A stretch of DNA of 18,994 bases, taken from the NCBI RefSeq assembly GCF_006345805.1, contig NW_021824374.1:1-18994 (forward strand), read 5' to 3'. Of this stretch, positions 11,583 to 18,994 are shown one piece after another. This DNA is from Octopus sinensis (lineage: Eukaryota). The notes under the pieces were generated by a model. That model searched no databases. It was not told where the DNA came from and saw nothing but the letters and a program-made list of their open reading frames with translations. The stretch's first letter is position 1. Every line of letters begins with the position of its first letter. Made by a program: the position numbers and the translations under genes.

Positions 11583-11880
11583 GTAAACATGCGGGCACAC
11601 ACGTACACACACGCATACATAAACACTTATACGCAAACGCATATGAACACACACACGCACACACAAACACACATACACAAACACACACTCACACACACAC
11701 AGAAATACACGCAGAAATACACACACATGCTCCAGCACATGCACGCATACACACGCACGTACACATGCAAACAAGCACACACAATCCCAAACACACACAC
11801 ACACACACACATACATACACACGTACACGCATACTGACACATACACACGCACGCACAGAAGTACACACGACCACGCACGT
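11440..11880. repeat. Degenerate (CA)n/(CACG)n-rich array with (CT)n
   Basis: Direct reading. Confidence 0.9.
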
Positions 11881-12145
11881 CCCCTGCCCCCTATGAGCGA
11901 CAGACGGACGGACAGTCAGACAAACAGCCCCGCAACAATTAAGGGGCCTTGCTCTCTAGGTCACGAGGTGAACCCTTTAAGGGTTCGCACGCTGTGGCGG
12001 TGGTGGGTTGACGACGGTGTGAGTGGGGTGGGAGGTTGTTCACGGCCCTCACTCACGTGATTTTAATTCGTATGACCTTGGGACAATCGTTTGGACAACG
12101 GCACCCATGAGTGGATGTGGGGTGGGGGTAGGGGTGGCGAGGTAC

Positions 12146-12856
12146 TAGCCCTTCGTCGGTTGCGACGATGAGGGTTCCCAGTCGACCGGATCAATAGAAC
12201 AGCCTCTCTTTCTTCTTTTACTTGTTTCAGTCATTTGACTGCGGCCATGCTGGAGCACCGCCTTTAATCGAGCAACTCGATCCCGGGACTTATTCTTTGT
12301 AAGCCCAGTACTTATTCTATCGCTCTCTTTTGCTGAACCGCTAAGTGGCGGGGACATAAACACACCAGCATCGGTTGTCAAGCAATGCTAGGGGGACAAA
12401 CACAGACACACAAACACACACACATACATATATATATATACACATATATACGACAGGCTTCTTTCAGTTTCCGTCTACCAAATCCACTCACAAGGCTTTG
12501 GTTGGCCCGGGGCTATAGTAGAAGACACTTGCCCAAGGTGCCACGCAGTGGGACTGAACCCGGAACCATGTGGTTGGTAAGCAAGCTACTTACCACACGG
12601 CCACTCCTGCTCATGAAATTAACGTACAAGCGGCTGAGTACTCCGTAGACACACGTACCCTTAACGTAGTTCTCGGGGAAATTCAGCGTGACACAGAATA
12701 TGACAAGGCTGGCCCCTTGTGAATTATTTCTGCCCCAGGGGAGTGGACGGAAGGAACGAGAAGTAAAGTGTCTTGCCCAAGGACACAATGTTTGCTGGCG
12801 AGTCTCGAACTCACGGCCTTGTGATCGTCGACCCTAACGACTAAGCTACCAGTCTC
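12146..12856 (-). mobile_element. tRNA-derived CORE-type SINE, family B, interrupted by a family A copy
   Basis: Minus strand: A box TAGCTTAGTCGTTAG, B box GTTCGAGAC, CORE-like TGTGTCCTTGGGCAAGACAC. The body appears to resume at about 12207 beyond the inserted SINE. A small related fragment lies at about 15836-15874. Confidence 0.75.
12208..12611 (-). mobile_element. SINE family A, full length
   Basis: Complete reverse complement of the 2093-2499 type, including head, CORE, microsatellite and tail. Confidence 0.93.
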
Positions 12857-12877
12857 TACACACACATTACATATATA

Positions 12878-12960
12878 TTTTACTTTTGTTTCAGTCATTG
12901 CACTGTGGCCATGCTGGGGCACCGCCTTGAAGAAATTTTGTCGAATAAATCGATCTTGTA

Positions 12961-12964
<4 letters not shown>
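12878..12964 (-). mobile_element. SINE family A tail fragment
   Basis: GTTTCAGTCATTGCACTGTGGCCATGCTGGGGCACCGCC. Confidence 0.85.
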
Positions 12965-13012
<48 letters not shown>

Positions 13013-13014
<2 letters not shown>

Positions 13015-13137
13015 GAAGTAAACACATAAATGTGAAACAAGGTGGAAAAAAGAGTACTCAAATACCAGTGGTAGAGTAATATGCTTTATTTAAAGCAGCA
13101 GAAAATTGAATTTTCTGCTGCTTTAAATAAAGCATAT
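13013..13137 (-). mobile_element. Family P1 element, short copy ending in a perfect palindrome
   Basis: Matches 109-200. Arms of 29 bp at 13079-13107 and 13109-13137 with a 1-nt centre. Confidence 0.8.
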
Positions 13138-13160
13138 ATATATATATATATATATTATAT

Positions 13161-13340
13161 ATTTATTATATAGAAGGAGCTTCTACAGGACTAGAACTGT
13201 TTCATTCAAGAGAAATCTTCATCTCTTGAATGAAACAGTTCTAGTCCTGTAGAAGCTCCTTCTATATAATAAATTATTTTACTCTGCTATGTATTGAGTA
13301 CCTTATTTACTGTGGTTAACCCCGAATCAACCGGGACCTA
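13161..13340 (+). mobile_element. Fold-back element, family P3 (P1-like layout)
   Basis: Perfect 53-bp arms at 13161-13213 and 13222-13274 with an 8-nt loop. Downstream AATAAA...TACTCT...GTATTGAGTAC resembles P1; TA-flanked. Confidence 0.7.
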
Positions 13341-13348
13341 CATATAAT

Positions 13349-13400
<52 letters not shown>

Positions 13401-13409
13401 ATATATATA

Positions 13410-13648
13410 CTTTATTTAAAGCAGCAGAAAATTCAACAAAACCTGTTACTCTGAGTTTCACGTTTCACAGTTTTTGCTAGAATAGCAAAAAACTATTCTA
13501 GCAAAAACTGTCCGACGAACGGGAACGTGAAACTCAGAGTAACAGGTTTTGTTGAATTTTCTGCTGCTTTAAATAAAGCATATTACTCTACCCCTGGTAT
13601 TTGAGTACTCTTTTTCCACCTTGTTTCACATTTATGTGTTTACTCCGG
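13410..13648 (+). mobile_element. Family P1 element with fold-back 5' arm
   Basis: Arms 13410-13485 versus 13493-13578 with a 7-nt loop; the left arm lacks CCGACGAACGGG. The 3' end GTGTTTACTCCGG abuts (TA)n. Confidence 0.8.
13508..13545 (+). ncRNA. Type I minimal hammerhead motif (U4C core variant)
   Basis: CTGT CCGACGA ACG-ggaa-CGT GAAA CTC-a-GAG TA ACAG; predicted cleavage after 13541. Confidence 0.62.
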
Positions 13649-13731
13649 TATATATATATTATATTTGAACGTAGGTTTACAGTTTGTATCTTACAATCGT
13701 ACTGTTTTTGCACATCTGAAAGAGACTGTGT

Positions 13732-13883
13732 TTAATCTCTCAGATGCTCTCAATGTCCCCCTTCAACTTTGCAACATTCTTCAAACCACTTCGGAACACT
13801 CTGACACACATAGTGCGGCACCAATTCCCATCTCCATCAATTTCAGTGAATGCCTCAGAAATGTAATCTTTTAATTCATTTAC
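13732..13883 (-). pseudogene. Tc1/mariner-type transposase C-terminal relic
   Basis: Manual minus-strand translation gives NELKDYISEAFTEID..., then after a frameshift CQSVPKWFEECCKVEGGH*EHLRD*. This resembles the ELK..I...I.....C....GGHFEHL terminus of Tc1/mariner transposases. Confidence 0.6.
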
Positions 13884-13890
13884 TGTTTTG

Positions 13891-14050
13891 GGAGTGGTTG
13901 TGTGGTAAGTAGCTTGCTAACCAGCCACATGGTTCCGCGTTCAGTCCCACTACGTGGCACCTTGGGCGAGTGTCTTCTGCTATAGCCTCGGGCCGACCAA
14001 TGCCTTGGGAGTGGATTTGGTAGACGGAAACTGAAAGAAGCCTGTCGTAT
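13891..14050 (+). mobile_element. SINE family A head
   Basis: GGAGTGGTTGTGTGGTAAGTAGC...GGCACCTTGGGCGAG...GAAACTGAAAGAAGCCTGTCG. Confidence 0.9.
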
Positions 14051-14072
14051 ATATGTGTGTATATATATATAT

Positions 14073-14491
14073 AGCAATAATAAATCTCTGAACGAGATGT
14101 AAACAGTAACTGCACGACAACGTGAAGTATATTTGCCATCTCAATATGGCTAACCACTAAGGGTGGGTGTTACTGTAGCTTTTAGCCCCAGGAGAACATC
14201 GTCTCCAGCTGGCTTTAGGCACACTTTCTGTGCCCTTATGGTATTTGCAAAGGGAGGTCACCTCGTCAACCTAAGTGATACGCACGGACTGCAGTTTCTA
14301 GGTTTTGACCTTTCCTCGGCGTACGACAATCACCGGTTTTCGATGAAGGGAGACCCAATGCAAATTCTTATATCGTTTTTCCAGTAACTTTTCGTCACTG
14401 ATTTCGAAAAACTGTCTGCAAGCAATAATAAATCTCTGAACGAGATGTAAACAGTAACTGCACGACAATGTGAGGTATACTTGCCATCTCA
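14073..14491. repeat. 71-bp direct repeats (14073-14143, 14421-14491) enclosing 277 bp
   Basis: Three mismatches over 71 bp; period 348 bp. Confidence 0.85.
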
Positions 14492-14670
14492 TGTCTGTCC
14501 TTGTTTGTCCCCTCTGTGTTTAGCCCCTTGTGAGTAGTAAAGAAATAGGTATTTCGTCTGCTGCTACTTTCTGAGTTCAAATTCTGCCGAAGTCGACTTT
14601 GCCTTTCATCCTTTTGGGGTAAATAAAACTAAAGCGCCAGCTCAATGTAATCCACTCGACCCAGCGCCGC
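14492..14670 (+). mobile_element. Third SINE-like family (C) fragment
   Basis: TTCTGAGTTCAAATTCTGCCGAAGTCGACTTTGCCTTTCATCCTTTTGGGG: a B-box-like motif followed by a segment resembling, from memory, the conserved central domain of Meta/MESC-type SINEs. Confidence 0.55.
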
Positions 14671-14759
14671 AAAACAATCCAAACCTTGTAACTATACAAG
14701 AATGGATTTGTGTCTCTGTAAGGGTATACAAAGACATAAAGCTTTATTAAGCAACAAAA

Positions 14760-15104
14760 CAACGACGCCGTGGTGATCTCATCATAAGAGGAAAGTGTAA
14801 CCTCTCGAAAGAGCTGTTCTTCACTCCTAATCCAGAGCGTCAGCTGCGGGGTCACTCCGAAAAGCTCTATCTGCGACAATTTCATCTCAATCAAAGGAGA
14901 GGGGCTTTCTCCGTCCGGGTTGCGCATCCGTGGAATAAGCTGCCAGACGAAATGGTGAAGATGCCGATGACCGCTCGGTTCAAAGTCTCCCTTGACCAGA
15001 AATGGCCTGAACTCTTTGCATGAACACCCACCCTGTACATAACTCCATGTTCCCCTACACGGCCTTGCTTTTTGCTTTTTGAGCCAAAAAATTAACTAAC
15101 TAAC
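14760..15104 (+). mobile_element. CR1-group LINE 3' end (ORF2 C-terminus, 3' UTR and (TAAC)n tail)
   Basis: Stop-free frame 14751-15023: RRRGDLI...LRGHSEKLYLRQFHLNQRRGAFSVRVAHPWNKLPDEMV...FKVSLD...*, the canonical CR1 C-terminal motifs. Tail TTAACTAACTAAC at about 15092-15104. Confidence 0.88.
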
Positions 15105-15181
15105 AAAGACGACCGATACGAAGGCGTCACACGTCATGGAAGCCCGGGAAAAACCAACAATGATCATGTATCTTTTTCCGC

Positions 15182-15390
15182 CATTTGACTGCGGCCATGC
15201 TGGGGCACCGCCTTGAAGAATTTTTACTCGAAGGAATCGACCCCAATACATATTTTCCTTTTAAGTCTGGCACTTGTTCTATCGGTTTCTTTTGCCGAAC
15301 CGCTAAGTTACAGGGACGTAAACACACCAACTCCAGTTGTCAAGCGGTGAGGATGGGGAACACACACACACGCACACATCACACATATAT
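15182..15390 (-). mobile_element. SINE family A 3' half
   Basis: CATTTGACTGCGGCCATGCTGGGGCACCGCC...TTTGCCGAACCGCTAAG. Confidence 0.85.
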
Positions 15391-15498
15391 ATATATAGTC
15401 GTTATGAGGATATTCAGACCCCTTATAGGGATATTGTTATCCCAGAAACACCAGTTTAATATATTGTATTTTGAAGAGATATTTGTTCAATGAATATA

Positions 15499-15790
15499 TC
15501 TTTATATATAAAACTGAAGTTGTGTGTGTGTGTGTCTCCTCCGATTTAGATTCCTAACTACTCCCACATTTTGCGGTGCAGTTTAACCAAAAGTGGGTAT
15601 CTTATAGTCGTCATTCATATCGAGCCCTTCTGGGTATTAGCGCGCGTCTACGATGAGTCTACGATTTAAAAAAAAATTACCATCATTTACCGCATTTTTT
15701 GCTCGGTTTATATAAGGGAAGTAACTCTCTAAAATTGCTTATATAGTTATTTCCCTTACAAACCCGAGCAACGCCGGGCGATACTGCTAG
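15499..15790 (+). mobile_element. Complete non-autonomous Helitron (292 bp)
   Basis: A|TC start at 15499, (GT)n near the 5' end, GC-rich hairpin CCCG-AGCAACGC-CGGG at 15763-15778, CTAG|T end at 15787-15790, no TSD. Confidence 0.82.
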
Positions 15791-16004
15791 TTGTGTATAA
15801 AATATCATAAAATATCAAATATTATTATTGAGTTTGACACAGAGTGTGAAAAGGCTGACCCCTTTGAAAAACAGAAACAAGAAGAAAGAGTGAGAGAAAG
15901 TTGTGGGGAAAGAGTACAGCAGGGTTCTCCACCACCCCCTTCCGGAGTTTTGTGGAGCTTTAGGTGTTTTCGCTCGATAATATATTATTGGAAAACCTAT
16001 ATGA

Positions 16005-16207
16005 AATTAGCTGAAGATTACTTGACATATTATATTTGCTGTAATATTTGCAGCTTTAATCAATTGTTGTAGTATGAAACAATTGTACTAAATTACCGGA
16101 TCCATTCTTGTTGCTTATGTTTTGATTATAATCACCCCGCATATTTTTATGGGTAACACCGTAAAAAAATTCTGGTGCTTCTAAATTAAGTACCATATTC
16201 ATTTGAA
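16005..16207 (+). mobile_element. Family P2 diverged copy without fold-back
   Basis: ATGAAACAATTGTACTA...TTGTTGCTTA...GATTATAATCA...AATTCTGGTGCTT...TAAGTACCATATTCAT matches 5171-5225 and 5735-5771. Confidence 0.7.
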
Positions 16208-16224
16208 TCTAAATTGTTGCTGAA

Positions 16225-16267
<43 letters not shown>

Positions 16268-16515
16268 TATATATATATAAATTTATATATGAGGATAATA
16301 TCGATATTTAATTATCAATATTATCAAGTGGCCAGCATGGGAAAAATACCGTACAAAGGTAATAATTTTTAACAATTAAAAATGAGGGTGTCTAAGAGAC
16401 ACCAACATGCCGAAATAGCAGTCGAAATTCTGACTATAAAAACCACGTTAAGTGTTCATATCGTACCATGAGATAAGACAAAGGGACAAAATATACAAGC
16501 AAAAATTATTGAATA

Positions 16516-16574
16516 ATTCAAGATCCAGGATTTCTGGTTTTGCTTTAAATAAGCTTTACCGTCATCAATTGAAT
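16516..16574 (-). ncRNA. Type I hammerhead-like motif (inverted copy)
   Basis: Reverse complement of 17058-17116. Confidence 0.45.
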
Positions 16575-17057
16575 ATATCAAGGGTACATAAATGCAGAAC
16601 AAACTTACATATACTTACATATACGAACGTCCATAAATAAATACATATGTACGTATGCACGCGGCCAGTTAAATTGCCCGCCGAAGCACCTCGTAAGCAT
16701 GATATGGTTAAAATAAACACCGCAGTGAATATAATAACGAATTATATGTGGTTTTTATAGTCAGAATTTCGACTGCTATTTCGGCATGTTGGTGTCTCTT
16801 AGACACCCTCATTTTTAATTGTTAAAAATTATTACCTTTGTACGGTATTGATAATTAAATATCGATATTATCCTCATATATAAATTTATATAATTCGTTA
16901 TTATATTCACTGCGGTGTTTATTTTAACCATATCGTGCTTACGAGGTGCTTCGGCGGGCAATTTAACTGGCCGCGTGCATACGTACATATGTATTTATGT
17001 ATGGACGTTCGTATATGTAAGTATATCGTTTGTTCTGCATTTATGTACCCTTGATAT

Positions 17058-17116
17058 ATTCAATTGATGACGGTAAAGCTTATTTAAAGCAAAACCAGAA
17101 ATCCTGGATCTTGAAT
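17058..17116 (+). ncRNA. Type I hammerhead-like motif (C3U, 10.1-11.1 mismatch)
   Basis: ATTCAA TTGATGA C GGT...GCTT-attta-AAGC...ACC A GAAA TCC-t-GGA TC TTGAAT; 6-bp stem I, AUC triplet. Confidence 0.48.
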
Positions 17117-17274
17117 TATTCAATAATTTTTGCTTGTATATTTTGTCCCTTTGTCTTATCTCATGGTACGATATGAACACTTAACGTGGTTTTTATAGTC
17201 AGAATTTCGACTGCTATTTCGGCATGTTGGTGTCTCTTAGACACCCTCATTTTTAATTGTTATATATATTATAT

Positions 17275-17316
<42 letters not shown>

Positions 17317-17319
<3 letters not shown>

Positions 17320-18264
17320 ATCTAGTTTCAGCTCACGAGCTGTGGCCATGCTGGGGCACCGCCATTTGTGTTGCTACATGATTTTACTTCACGAATGCTT
17401 TTTAGCAACTGCCATTTGGTTGCATGAGAGAGTTCGATGCAGCTGCCCTCATCTGCACCTCCTGCCGTGAAGTTGGTTCATCTGGGACACCTGACAGGAA
17501 GAGATCCAGTTTTATTTTAATGACATCTGCATCCACCCCATGCAGGTCTCTCAGGTTCTTCGGGAGGATATTGAAGAGCTGTGGGCCTCTGAAGCCCAGG
17601 CTATCACAGTATCTTGTCCTACATCTTGATGGCAAAATCGGAGTCCTTGGCACCACGCAGTGGCGCCAGTTCTGGCATTTGTGTAACTCTCGATGCCAAA
17701 GTTTGGGACAAGTCCTTCCAGGATCTTCCAGATGTATATTATGGCATATCTTTCTCGCCTACGCTACAAGGAATAGAGTTTTAATCTCTTGAGTCTTTCC
17801 CAGTAGCTTATATGCTGCACAGAGGCTATCTTCTTCGTGTAGCTTCGTTGGATCGCCTCAAGTTCTGTGATCAACTGGATGGTGACCATAGCTGAGAGCA
17901 ATAGTCAAAGTGGCTTAGGACAAGTGTCCTCCAGAGGACCATCATGGTTTCTTGTTCTCTTGTTCTAAAGGTTCTAAGAATCCATCCGGCCAGCCGTCTA
18001 CATTTCATTGCCAATTTAGCAGCATATACATGAAAGGTTGCGTCATCACTCATAAATACCCAGGTCACGCACTGATTGTACCTCTGGGATTGCAATCCCT
18101 CCGGGTCCAGTGTATTCATTGGGTATTGCATTTAGTTTTGCATGCTGATAGCATAAAGCTTGAAACTTTTAAGCATTGAACTGCATGCTATTCTTTTCAG
18201 CCCACTTGTATATTTTGTCCAGCTCACATTGCAGGTGCTTAGTGTCTTCAGGGTTCTGTATTGC
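17317..18264 (-). mobile_element. 5'-truncated, degenerate CR1-group LINE (RT end to 3' UTR), a different family from 14760-15104
   Basis: Minus strand: HLQCELDKIYKWAEKNSMQFN...VRDLG...WILRTFRTRE...LVLSHFDYCSQLWSP / ELEAIQRSYTKKI...YWERLKRLKLYSL*RRRERYAIIYIWKIL / GPQLFNILP...LDLFLSGVPDEP...RAAASNSL, with stops and frameshifts. Confidence 0.9.
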
Positions 18265-18419
18265 CTGTGAATAAAATTTTTAAACATGTTCTCTAGCCGA
18301 TAAATTAACTGCTGTAGTTTATTAAATGCAGAGTAATTTCCGATCTCAGCGCGCCAAAGTGAAGGTATTTGAAGGATACACATAAATGTAATTGTAGAAC
18401 TTTATACATGCTGGATTTC

Positions 18420-18830
<411 letters not shown>

Positions 18831-18994
18831 CGTTAAATATTTGTTGTGCAAGATTTTTTATGGAAGTCGTGTGTTGAAACAGATATTGTATATTTCGGAA
18901 TGGTCATATTGCCAGTTTAGCCAATAAAAACACACGCACTATATATTTGGTGTTATTTTGCTTCAGTGATATTTATTTTTTACATTAATCTTAA

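Larger units (their letters stand above)
16276..17262. mobile_element. Family P4: about 470-bp hammerhead-bearing unit in inverted plus partial-tandem arrangement
   Basis: Order A-B-C-D | C'-A' | D'-C'(partial). Large inverted arms at about 16370-16747 and 16888-17262; TA-flanked. Confidence 0.8.

Noticed and set aside
14073-14491. CRISPR array
   Set aside because: Eukaryotic context, only two long repeats and no spacer series.
16452-17180. Two nearly identical 61-62 aa ORFs on opposite strands
   Set aside because: A by-product of the D/D' inverted duplication; no recognisable protein.

Overview
Eukaryotic, AT-rich, microsatellite-dense DNA with no supportable host exon. The SINE families look like those of Octopus (recognised from memory, not searched). 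Most ORFs in the track are microsatellite translations. The window contains many copies of a tRNA/CORE-type SINE (family A), one of them nested in a second CORE-type SINE (family B), two CR1-group LINE 3' fragments, an internally deleted mariner with both TIRs, a second Tc1/mariner C-terminal relic and a complete 292-bp non-autonomous Helitron. The most interesting signal is a set of at least 4-5 short element families that sit in (TA)n tracts. Several carry type I hammerhead-ribozyme motifs with near-palindromic stem III (best copy at 18469-18543), and many form fold-back inverted duplications whose inverted arm stops at an internal TA/AT motif. This fits Penelope-like pseudo-LTRs or retrozyme-like units. 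One LINE also shares its 3' tail with SINE family A, suggesting it is the mobilising partner.
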